Of a DNA stretch of 27,968 nt, positions 19,714 to 27,689 are shown in pieces. Below the pieces are notes generated by a model that was not told the DNA's origin, did not search any database, and saw only the letters and a program-made list of their open reading frames with translations. The stretch is from Candidatus Heimdallarchaeota archaeon (GTDB lineage Archaea > Asgardarchaeota > Heimdallarchaeia > Heimdallarchaeales > Heimdallarchaeaceae): NCBI GenBank assembly GCA_018238545.1, contig JABCTC010000042.1:1-27968 (forward strand), written 5' to 3'. Numbering within the stretch: position 1 is the stretch's first letter; each line of letters begins with the position of its first letter. A program made the position numbers and the translations under genes.

Positions 19714-20178
19714 TTATAATTCAGGAAGTCTCTTCTTAGAGAGTCCATGTTCGGCCATATAATTTCGGAGATACCTCACAGAACGGAACAAACCACCTTT
19801 TGACTGCAAATACAGTTTTCGGTAAGTTGTAGTATCAATATAACCTTCGTCCCTTAATCGCTTCAAGAACTTTCTCTGGACACGGATTTTGCCAATCCAT
19901 CTGTCTTTCTTTGAAAGTCTGGAATATTTTGGACCTTTGCGGCTACCAACACCAATTCTTTGACCTCTTCTTTTTTTAGCTGCTACAGCTCGAGCTCGTC
20001 CTCTACTAACACCTACAATTTTCCTTTTCTTAATATCACCGTCATCAATATGACGTCTTACGTCTTCTCTAGTGATAGCAAGAGAAAGATCGTATAGGCT
20101 GTCAGGATTAATTTTGACTCTATTGGATCCAACTTTGAGGATTTTTGCTGCTAATCTTCTTTGTGTTTTAACGTCCAT
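19714..20178 (-). CDS. rpl19e: 50S ribosomal protein eL19
   Basis: QRRLAAKILKVG.NRV, AITREDVR, GSRKG and YRKLY..SKGG. Confidence 0.97.
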   Translation of the reverse strand: MDVKTQRRLAAKILKVGSNRVKINPDSLYDLSLAITREDVRRHIDDGDIKKRKIVGVSRGRARAVAAKKRRGQRIGVGSRKGPKYSRLSKKDRWIGKIRVQRKFLKRLRDEGYIDTTTYRKLYLQSKGGLFRSVRYLRNYMAEHGLSKKRLPEL

Positions 20179-20192
20179 ATTCTAACCTCAGT

Positions 20193-20738
20193 TTATTTTT
20201 CTGCCTCGTCAGAATCTGCTAATTCATCGAGTTCAAGATCTTCGTCTAATTCGAAGTCGTCTTCGAAATCGTCACCAATATCATCTTCAAGTAATTCGTA
20301 TTCTTCCTCAAGTGAAGTTGCGTCAAGCATATCACCAATTTCATCTATACTTGCAGGTGGGTTCAAAATCTTAAGTCCCAAATCAGCTGCATTGTCTAGA
20401 ATCATCTGCCTCTTACGAGCACCAACGGTGTGCTTAATCATAACTGCTTCAGTTTCTTTATCTATTTCTTCAAGTTCATAGATATTAGCAACATGAACTA
20501 CTTGATAACCCGAAGGATGCAGACCTCTGACAGCTTTTGGTCCTCGGTATCCTATGCTAACCATAGCAGGATAACCTTTACGCTTTTCTTTCATTTTATT
20601 ATCAATACCCTTAGGTTTACGCCAGCTTTTCTTTACTCTGTTGTAACGCCAACTTTCTTGCCTAACAAAGTTAGGTCTTCGAGCACTGATTTCCTTACGT
20701 TTTTTTAGTAAACGTTTCTTATCGTCTGTCATAGGCAC
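20193..20738 (-). CDS. rpl32e: 50S ribosomal protein eL32 with an acidic C-terminal tail
   Basis: F.RQESWRY.RV..SWRKPKGIDNKM and GYRGPK.VRGLHPSG, followed by an Asp/Glu-rich tail of about 55 aa. Confidence 0.96.
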   Translation of the reverse strand: MPMTDDKKRLLKKRKEISARRPNFVRQESWRYNRVKKSWRKPKGIDNKMKEKRKGYPAMVSIGYRGPKAVRGLHPSGYQVVHVANIYELEEIDKETEAVMIKHTVGARKRQMILDNAADLGLKILNPPASIDEIGDMLDATSLEEEYELLEDDIGDDFEDDFELDEDLELDELADSDEAEK

Positions 20739-20789
20739 TCACAGTAGAATGTTACCTTATTTTGGTTGTAAGCTATCATCTAGCTGTAG

Positions 20790-20814
20790 TTTTTAATACT
20801 TTTTATTGGTAAGA
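20790..20814 (-). promoter_or_regulatory. Promoter of the eL32...uL15 unit (copy 1 of the shared r-protein promoter)
   Basis: Minus strand TCTTACCAATAAAAAGTATTAAAAA, 24/25 identical to 25135-25159. Confidence 0.7.
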
Positions 20815-20899
20815 AAAACTAAAACGGAATGTATATACTAAAACAAGTCTCAAACACCATGCCCTATGAAAGATATAGATGAACTGAATAAAGAAAAAA

Positions 20900-20965
20900 T
20901 TAGTTAAGTAATAAAATAAATAATCAAGAAAAATCAAGAAAATAAAAAAAAGAAGAATTGGAAAA
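20900..20965 (-). terminator. Oligo-T terminator region after uL6
   Basis: Long T-rich tracts on the minus strand directly after the uL6 stop. Confidence 0.5.
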
Positions 20966-21517
20966 TTATTCGCTAGCCCACTTCCAAATTCCATCCATAA
21001 ATGTTTCAGGATCTTTCTTTCTTTTACCCCTTAACCTACAGATTTCTTTCATATTGGTAGTGGTTTGTCCAACAGCTTCTTTGTCAATACCTTCAATGAT
21101 AACATCATCTTTGTCAATCTTAACAGTTGTATCATCTCCTACAATGGGAACAATCAAATGTTTTCTACCTCCGTAGAGGTTCTTGATTGTTATTTGGCGT
21201 TTCTTGTTATCAGGTTCAACTGTAATTGGAAAGTGACTGAAGATTATTTTTGATCTATAGACATAACCTTGTGTTACACCTATCATCATGTTTCGAAGAT
21301 AGCCCACAACGGCAAGCATTTTCGCCTTTTTCTTTTTGTTAATGAAATAGGATTTGACATTGATTTTGTCTTTTGATTTCTTTAGCTCTACTTTGAAAAT
21401 TTCGAAGTCTTTGGTAAGTTTACCTCTTTTACCTTCCATGGAAACAACAGTTCCATCGATAGTTACTTTCAAATCTTCGAGTAATTCAACATCTCGTTCA
21501 ATATATACTTGCTTCAT
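20966..21517 (-). CDS. rpl6: 50S ribosomal protein uL6
   Basis: NMMIGVTQGY, FSHFPITV, IKNLYGG, GIDKEAVGQT and KDPETFMDGI. Confidence 0.96.
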   Translation of the reverse strand: MKQVYIERDVELLEDLKVTIDGTVVSMEGKRGKLTKDFEIFKVELKKSKDKINVKSYFINKKKKAKMLAVVGYLRNMMIGVTQGYVYRSKIIFSHFPITVEPDNKKRQITIKNLYGGRKHLIVPIVGDDTTVKIDKDDVIIEGIDKEAVGQTTTNMKEICRLRGKRKKDPETFMDGIWKWASE

Positions 21518-21526
21518 TATTATCAC

Positions 21527-21916
21527 CTAATATATGTAAGCTAATAGTCTTCCACCTATTCCACGTTCCTTTGCATCCTCGTGAGTTATTACTCCTTCAG
21601 ATGTTGTCATTACAAGGATACCAAAACCTCTTGCAGGTAGGTAGTTTCTTTCTTCATCTTCTAATTCATCATGTTTAACTGGAAATCGAGGTTTGATAAC
21701 ACCGCATTTGTTAATTCTTCCCATCAGTTGTATTTCGAACATTCCTCCACGATGATCTTCAATAAATTCAAGTTCACCAAGATATCCTGCTCTTTGGATT
21801 GTTCTGAAAACGTTCGCAATTATTTTACTAGCGGGTTTAACAGTGACGGTTTTCTTACCTGTTTTTTCAGCATTAAGTATTGCAACTAAAGCATCTGCTA
21901 ATGGATCCATTTGCAT
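21527..21916 (-). CDS. rps8: 30S ribosomal protein uS8
   Basis: [24 protein letters not shown] and GGRLLAYIY. True start at ATG 21916 after a GGAGGT Shine-Dalgarno. Confidence 0.97.
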   Translation of the reverse strand: MQMDPLADALVAILNAEKTGKKTVTVKPASKIIANVFRTIQRAGYLGELEFIEDHRGGMFEIQLMGRINKCGVIKPRFPVKHDELEDEERNYLPARGFGILVMTTSEGVITHEDAKERGIGGRLLAYIY

Positions 21917-21929
21917 TTTTATTACCTCC

Positions 21930-22097
21930 TTAGCCTCCTCGGCTTCCTGTTTTCTTGAAGCCGATTTTGGAATATATTTCTCTAATACAACGTCTGCAAA
22001 CATACAAACCACCACGTCTAATGATAGCTTGATGTGTTCCACATCGTCTGCATTTTCTTGAGCCTTTTCCATATTTAATTTCTCTTCGTTCTTGCAT
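21930..22097 (-). CDS. rps14: 30S ribosomal protein uS14 (Zn-ribbon type), not in the ORF track
   Basis: Manual translation [55 protein letters not shown]. Confidence 0.96.
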   Translation of the reverse strand: MQERREIKYGKGSRKCRRCGTHQAIIRRGGLYVCRRCIREIYSKIGFKKTGSRGG

Positions 22098-22106
22098 ATC
22101 CGTCAC

Positions 22107-22673
22107 CTAAATTATTTGTACCTCAAACTCTGTTCTAATAAATTCCATAGATTCAGAGGGGGTAAGTAAGTGCTTCTTTGGTACTTTCTTTCGTTTGTGT
22201 TGTCTATACTTCAACCTGTATCCTGGTCTTTCTAGCTTAACAACAACATTGAAACCGATTGTCCCTAACATTGGATCAAAAGGGGCATTTTCAATATCTA
22301 CGTGCTCAGTTATACCAAAAGCAAAATTACCTTGTTGGTCAAAAGATGATGCTTTCAGTTGATAATCATGAGCATAGAGAAGACGCTTCAACATTATCTT
22401 GGCTTCTTCGCCCCGTAATGTGATCAAAGCTGCAATAGGTTCTCCTTCTCGTATACCAAAACCTCTTTCAGATCTTTTTGCAACACGTTCAACTGGTTTG
22501 CAATTGGTTATTTGACGAAGAATCTCTCTTGTTCTTTCAAATCTTGGACCAGATTCACCAACACAACTATTGATGATTAAAGCTTTCAATCGAGGTTTTC
22601 GCATTGGATTCTTTTTCCATTCATCAGCATATTGCAAAGGAATTGGTTCTTGCTCAATTACTTCGTCACTCAT
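22107..22673 (-). CDS. rpl5: 50S ribosomal protein uL5
   Basis: NPMRKPRL, FGIREGEPI, FD.QGNFAFGI.EH and ERPGYR. Confidence 0.97.
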   Translation of the reverse strand: MSDEVIEQEPIPLQYADEWKKNPMRKPRLKALIINSCVGESGPRFERTREILRQITNCKPVERVAKRSERGFGIREGEPIAALITLRGEEAKIMLKRLLYAHDYQLKASSFDQQGNFAFGITEHVDIENAPFDPMLGTIGFNVVVKLERPGYRLKYRQHKRKKVPKKHLLTPSESMEFIRTEFEVQII

Positions 22674-23428
22674 TTCTTATCACCTTTATCACCAGCAATT
22701 GTTACACTTGGAGCATCATTGCCCACAATGAAAATATATCTGAACAGTGTAACGAAAATCTCACCATCAGGAGTTCTTATGGTAGCTGTTTTGGTTATTT
22801 GTTTTCCATGAGAACTGACTTCTTCAATGGTTCCATGTTTACCCATCCACCTTCCACTAGTCACAATACCATAATTACCGATTTTCAATTCGTACTTTTC
22901 TAAAATCTTTTGATCTGGTAAAGATATCTTAACTGTGTCATGTGTATGGTAAGGAACACTATCACTTTCTTTTTTCTGCAAGATTATGTTTCTACCATCA
23001 TGAAGATTTAATTGTGTTAAACCTCCTTTGAGTGTGGTTTTATTTTTAATCTGGCAGAGTTTAACTTTTGTCTCATCACCCTTAATTGGGATTGTCCTTA
23101 GACCTTTCTTTGGAGTATATATTAGTCTATAATGCTCTTTTATTTTGGGGAAGGAAACAACATCCATAAAACCTAGAGGGTATTTTCTGTTTGTTTTTGT
23201 TCTTCCATCTACGAGAACATTTCGTTCAACCAATATACGTTTAACTTCACTCATATTTCGGGCTACTTGGAACATATCACGGAGCATAATAGCCATCGGG
23301 ATGCAGTCATGTGCAGCATGAGGACCAGGGGAGGGTCTAACTGTATAAGTATTAGCTTTCTTTTCAATTGGTATATGTTTTGAAACAACAAATCTCTTTA
23401 AATGTCGTTTTCCACCGCCTTTTGTCAT
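22670..23428 (-). CDS. rps4e: 30S ribosomal protein eS4
   Basis: KRHLKR, RPSPGPH, VDGR......PLGFMDV and QLNLHDGRNI. Confidence 0.97.
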   Translation of the reverse strand: MTKGGGKRHLKRFVVSKHIPIEKKANTYTVRPSPGPHAAHDCIPMAIMLRDMFQVARNMSEVKRILVERNVLVDGRTKTNRKYPLGFMDVVSFPKIKEHYRLIYTPKKGLRTIPIKGDETKVKLCQIKNKTTLKGGLTQLNLHDGRNIILQKKESDSVPYHTHDTVKISLPDQKILEKYELKIGNYGIVTSGRWMGKHGTIEEVSSHGKQITKTATIRTPDGEIFVTLFRYIFIVGNDAPSVTIAGDKGDKK

Positions 23429-24201
23429 GATGATTCCTCCTTTTCATCTGTTTTCTTAGAAAGTAAATCTTCTGCGTTAGTTCTCATAGTTTTTGCTGTA
23501 CCAGAACCGATACCAGGCACTTTTGAAAGTTCTTCAGGGGTCGCTTTAGCAATCTTATCAACGGTATCAAAACCATTTTCTTTGAGAAGCATTGCGGTTT
23601 TAGCACCTACACCCTTAATCATAGATACGTCGATGTCAAGAACTTTAACCTCTTTCTTGGGAGTTGCTTTTACAACCTCTTCAGTAACAACAGCTTCATC
23701 AAGATCTTCAAATTCTTCAAAAACATCCTCATCAAGATCTTCATCTTCATCTTCGATATCGGTTTCTTCTAAAGGCTCCTCGAATTCATCAAATAAATCT
23801 TCAGTTAACTCTTCTTCAGTGATTTCTTTTTTAGAACGTCTCTTAATTATATCGCGTCTCTTCTTATCACGCAAATTCAGAGAAGTAATTAGGATGTTGC
23901 TTGGATGAACAGGAAAACTAGTGATTGTACCATCAGCTTTCTCCTTACTATGTCCTTCAACATGAACTGAATATTTCTGAGGTAAAACACGGAGTACTTT
24001 ACCTTTAATTTCTTGATCTTCAGATTTAGCTCTGAAAACTATCACTTTATCATCTTTATGTACGGGAAGACGTCGAATGCCATATTTAGCTCTCAACTCG
24101 CGTGAGAGAAGAGCTGTCATCTGGCGATTGCGGAGATGTAAAGGAGCATTATAATACCTCTTACGTTGTTTACGAGGTTGTTTTGTTTTTGTATACTTCA
24201 T
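23425..24201 (-). CDS. rpl24: 50S ribosomal protein uL24 fused to an acidic linker and C-terminal (HhH)2 domain
   Basis: QPRKQRK..YNAPLH, LSRELR.KYGIR and PVHPSN, followed by IKGVGAKTA..L...GF.T...IA.A..EELS.VPGIG..TA. Confidence 0.93.
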   Translation of the reverse strand: MKYTKTKQPRKQRKRYYNAPLHLRNRQMTALLSRELRAKYGIRRLPVHKDDKVIVFRAKSEDQEIKGKVLRVLPQKYSVHVEGHSKEKADGTITSFPVHPSNILITSLNLRDKKRRDIIKRRSKKEITEEELTEDLFDEFEEPLEETDIEDEDEDLDEDVFEEFEDLDEAVVTEEVVKATPKKEVKVLDIDVSMIKGVGAKTAMLLKENGFDTVDKIAKATPEELSKVPGIGSGTAKTMRTNAEDLLSKKTDEKEESS

Positions 24202-24212
24202 TTATATCTCAC

Positions 24213-24629
24213 CTATACTATTATTGAGGCTTGATGGGCAATCTTTGGCCACTTCTCAGCTGCCTCTTTAGCAATTGGTCCACGAATTTCGCTTCCTAAA
24301 GGATCTCCTACTTCATTGGTAAGAACAACAGCGTTCTCTTCGAATTGTATCCAATCACCAGATCGTCTACGGTATGGAGAACGTTGTCGGACAACAACCG
24401 CTGGAAAAATTTGCTTTCTCCTTTGTGGAGTTCCTTGTTTAACAGAAACGACAACCATGTCAGAAACAGAGGCTTTTGGTACTCTGTTTAGTCTTCCTCT
24501 ATAATTCTTAACTGCAATTATTTGAACTATTCTCGCGCCAGAATTATCGGCACTACGAAGTCTTGTTCCTACAATTAAGCCTTTAGTAATATGAACTTGT
24601 GTTCGTCCTACGGATTTTCTCTTCGCCAT
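24213..24629 (-). CDS. rpl14: 50S ribosomal protein uL14
   Basis: ADNSGAR, VVRQR.PYRR..G..IQFEENA and GPIAKEAAE.WPKIA. Confidence 0.98.
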   Translation of the reverse strand: MAKRKSVGRTQVHITKGLIVGTRLRSADNSGARIVQIIAVKNYRGRLNRVPKASVSDMVVVSVKQGTPQRRKQIFPAVVVRQRSPYRRRSGDWIQFEENAVVLTNEVGDPLGSEIRGPIAKEAAEKWPKIAHQASIIV

Positions 24630-24638
24630 GATAACACC

Positions 24639-25007
24639 CTAATTTAGTTTTTGAACCACAACAAAACTTACTGTTTTTGCAAGTGGTCTGCATTCTGCTG
24701 CTAAAACCATATCACCTTCTTTGACATTAAGGCAAGGGGGGTTGTGTGCAGAAATCTTTCCGTGAGCACGTTCATATCTACGATACTTTTTCACATACTT
24801 CAAGAAATCTCTTCTAATAACTACGGTACGTCTCATTTTATCGGAAATAACTTTTCCAGAAAAAATACGACCCCTTGTTGGAAGTTGCCCATGAAACGGA
24901 CATCTTGGGTCATCGCACTCAGTAGCGGGAGGTTCAACTCCTTGAATACCTACATTACGTACTTTACTCATTCGTTCTTTCACCTCGGTAATGCGTCTTT
25001 CACCCAT
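24639..25007 (-). CDS. rps17: 30S ribosomal protein uS17
   Basis: CDDPRCPFHG, KKYRRYER, AHNPPC and ECRPLAKTVSFVV. Confidence 0.97.
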   Translation of the reverse strand: MGERRITEVKERMSKVRNVGIQGVEPPATECDDPRCPFHGQLPTRGRIFSGKVISDKMRRTVVIRRDFLKYVKKYRRYERAHGKISAHNPPCLNVKEGDMVLAAECRPLAKTVSFVVVQKLN

Positions 25008-25046
25008 GATCCCCTATCGTTTAGAAGGACAGAGGAACAATCTCGG

Positions 25047-25062
25047 CTCCTTAATTAAGGAG
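25047..25062. repeat. Perfect 16-bp palindrome in the uS17 leader
   Basis: CTCCTTAATTAAGGAG. Confidence 0.85.
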
Positions 25063-25134
25063 TAAGACGTCAATCACCTATAACTGATTCACAGTTATTT
25101 TTGTGATATTAGCAATCCTTTCCCCGTTATAATC

Positions 25135-25159
25135 TTTTTAATACTTTTCATTGGTAAGA
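25135..25159 (-). promoter_or_regulatory. Promoter of the uS17...uL6 unit (copy 2 of the shared r-protein promoter)
   Basis: Minus strand TCTTACCAATGAAAAGTATTAAAAA. Confidence 0.7.
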
Positions 25160-25224
25160 GAAAAATATAGCAAGTGATACAAATGGAGATTGTGGTGATG
25201 GAATATCCCAAAGTATTTGTTATG

Positions 25225-25959
25225 TTAACCAAAAAAGGTAACCATACCCGATTGAATGAGAAGATATGTAACTAGATAAAGCAGTGCAAGGAAACAAAGA
25301 TAACCAATAAAAATAAAGGAGTACCGCATCCAATATTTGAGTTTTTTAAAATCTTCTACTTTCCTATGGGTTCTAAACAGCTTTGGCAAAAACATTCCAG
25401 TATTTAATCGGTATTCAACATATTCAGAACCAAGTTTTTTTGTCAGTTTCCATTCTTCATAGTCTGACCAAAGAAATAGGAATATGCTAAAAACTGACCA
25501 AGAGAGAATGTCTCCAAATTTGATACCAAAATCTGTTGACCAAGGAACAAAGAGGGAAAGAGATAAGGAAATGAGAATTAGACCTAGATGTTGAGGATGA
25601 CGGATGAAACTATAAGGACCGCTATTGACTAGTTTCTCCTTCTTAAGGATGGAATTAGTTAAAGAAATAAGTCCCCAAACAACTAAAACAAGACCAATTA
25701 TAAGCAACAAGAATTCAAAAATAATCAAAATAATTAGTCCAGGAGAATATTCAATGCCCTGTAAGACAATCCATGCCCGACCCCAATTTTCGTTGCTAAA
25801 GAAGTAAATAACTTTCCAAGATAGTAAAGCTAATGGATAGAGTAGAGACATAGGAACAAGTATAATGAGGATAGTATAAGTATAAGACCATACTATTGTA
25901 AAAGCATACAAAAATGTAGAAACTATGCGGCCAATTTTCGGCTTCAGAGATTCTTTCAT
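25225..25959 (-). CDS. Isoprenylcysteine carboxyl methyltransferase / PEMT-family membrane protein
   Basis: LV.SGPYSFIRHPQHLG and EE..L...LG.EY.EYR..TGMFLP, multiple TM helices. Confidence 0.88.
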   Translation of the reverse strand: MKESLKPKIGRIVSTFLYAFTIVWSYTYTILIILVPMSLLYPLALLSWKVIYFFSNENWGRAWIVLQGIEYSPGLIILIIFEFLLLIIGLVLVVWGLISLTNSILKKEKLVNSGPYSFIRHPQHLGLILISLSLSLFVPWSTDFGIKFGDILSWSVFSIFLFLWSDYEEWKLTKKLGSEYVEYRLNTGMFLPKLFRTHRKVEDFKKLKYWMRYSFIFIGYLCFLALLYLVTYLLIQSGMVTFFG

Positions 25960-26161
25960 GAATGTATTCTAAGTGTTTTAATGATATAAAAAACGTTCTA
26001 AAAACTATTGTGGGAGATAAGATAACTAATAAAATTGATCTCAAAAAAGCAATGTGTCTATAGATATTTATTAGAACTGAGAATTAGTATAAAATGATTT
26101 CACCATGGTAAGGTATTTCGAAATAGTTTCTAAATAGTGTTATTGATTAGAAAGAGAAGCG

Positions 26162-26181
26162 TAAGAAAAAACTTTTAAAAT
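26162..26181 (+). promoter_or_regulatory. BRE/TATA promoter of tRNA-Ile
   Basis: gaaaaaacTTTTAAAA about 30 nt upstream of the mature 5' end. Confidence 0.6.
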
Positions 26182-26209
26182 AATGATGCAACAAAACAAA
26201 TGCTAATGA

Positions 26210-26317
26210 GGGCCATTAGCTCAGTTTGGTTAGAGCGCTCGGCTGATAGTTTAACCGCTAGATGGCGTAGAATACGAAACCAAGAGGTCGCCAGTTCGAA
26301 TCTGGTATGGCCCACCA
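26210..26317 (+). tRNA. tRNA-Ile(GAU) with a 30-nt intron at 37/38 (26249-26278) and encoded CCA
   Basis: Acceptor GGGCCAT/ATGGCCC, D arm GCTC/GAGC, anticodon GAT at 26245-26247, T arm GCCAG-TTCGAAT-CTGGT, 3' ACCA. Confidence 0.93.
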
Positions 26318-26382
26318 CTCATTTTGCACATATTTTTTCTTCCATGTGTTGATAAGTGTAACACTCAATTCATTTACTGTAA

Positions 26383-27465
26383 TCATTCTTCTAAGGAATT
26401 TTTTCTTTTGAAAGTATTGAATTTTTTCTTTATTTTTCTAATCAGTTTTTTATGCAAAGTTGTTTTTCCATAATATCGTATCATGATTTTTTCAATTACA
26501 GATAAATATCGCAAACACGCTATTCCTAATTCAATTAGAAACATCATAAACTCCAAATCAGAAGAAATTGTTTCAAAACTTCTTGACATATATTTTTGAA
26601 TGAAACTTTGAACTTCAGGTATCTGAGGGAGATATTTATCAATTACTAGAACTAGCTTTTTGTTCGCATTGGCATATATATGGCCAAAGTTTTTCTTTAA
26701 TTCTCCAATTTCAGGTAAATAATAACCATGAGCTATTTCATTCCTTATATTCAAAATTACTCCAAAAGCCATTTTATCTTCGTACCATTTTCTATCTCTT
26801 ATTTTTAATATCTCATCTATAATTGTTGGTAATCTAGTTTCACGATCTGTTACCAATAACAAATTCTTAATCCTCTCATTCAATTTGTTACTTTTATTAT
26901 AATTTTAAAAAATACGGAATAGATCAATCTTTTTAGAAACGGAATCTGTGATAAACATGAACAAATCTTGAACATATGCATCCATAAAAGCATACAATCT
27001 CAGAATGAAATAAGACACTAAATGAGACAATAATTTTGATTCCTTAATTCCCATCCTTGATAAAAGATTTGTCTCCTCTGATTTATTATTGTCATCTAAT
27101 GTCATCTTTAGTAGCTTGATTAGTTCTTCTTTAGGAATTAATTGTAATTGTGACACCCAATATTCTTCTTTTTTCTCAGGTGTTTTTTCTAGTTCTTTCA
27201 GTATTTTTTCTCTTAATACAAGAATGTTATCTTTTATCAATAGCTCTTTTTTGATTGGTTCTAAATTAATCACAAAAACGATCAGGAAATTTATTAAAGA
27301 GACAAGTCCAATTAGTTCGTTAAAGTTTTTATGAAATTTTTCACCAAATTTAGATTCAAACAAATCTAACTGGTTTTCAAAAAGACTTTCTTCTATTTTC
27401 TCAAATTTATCAATACAATTATTGATTACTTTGGTAATATCTTCCTCTGAAACTGAAGTCATCAA
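26383..27465 (-). pseudogene. HEPN-domain protein (about 360 codons) interrupted by one in-frame TAA at 26905-26907
   Basis: ORFs 26905-27465 and 26383-26883 are in the same frame with 7 sense codons between them. HEPN-like helix YFILRLYAFMDAYVQDL lies upstream and RNEIAH (RxxxxH) downstream. Confidence 0.65.
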
Positions 27466-27569
27466 TATTATCTTTATAGAAGAACAAAGAAGAATTTTTC
27501 TATTATTAATACCCAGTTGTCTTTAATCATAAAGGGCTCTTGAGACATGTAATACTAAAACTATTATTC

Positions 27570-27689
27570 ATATCTATTGTAAATCTTATAAATCTAATTT
27601 GCAAACTAATGAATTATAATGGAAAAATAATCTGGGATAAAAGCAAACCAAATGGTCAACCCAGAAGATGTTTAGACACAACTAAAGCT
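27570..27689 (+). pseudogene. Fragment of a GDP-L-fucose synthase (fcl/wcaG-like) C-terminal region
   Basis: ISIVNLINLICKLMNYNGKIIWDKSKPNGQPRRCLDTTKA matches the family motif I.WD.SKPDG.PR..LD.SKA. Confidence 0.75.

Noticed and set aside
20803-20994. 63-aa hydrophobic ORF between uL6 and eL32
   Set aside because: It derives from T-rich terminator and promoter sequence and overlaps uL6. No family features.
21917-22072. Apparent 52-aa N-terminal extension of uS8 in the ORF track
   Set aside because: It is an alternative frame of the overlapping uS14 gene. uS8 has its own Shine-Dalgarno and ATG at 21916.
23402-23908. Ser-rich 168-aa plus-strand ORF (also 20161-20481 and 2808-3092)
   Set aside because: Antisense shadows of acidic or Ala-rich coding sequence.
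24312-24324. TTCATTGGTAAGA partial match to the shared promoter inside uL14
   Set aside because: It lies in coding sequence and lacks the adjoining BRE/TATA.
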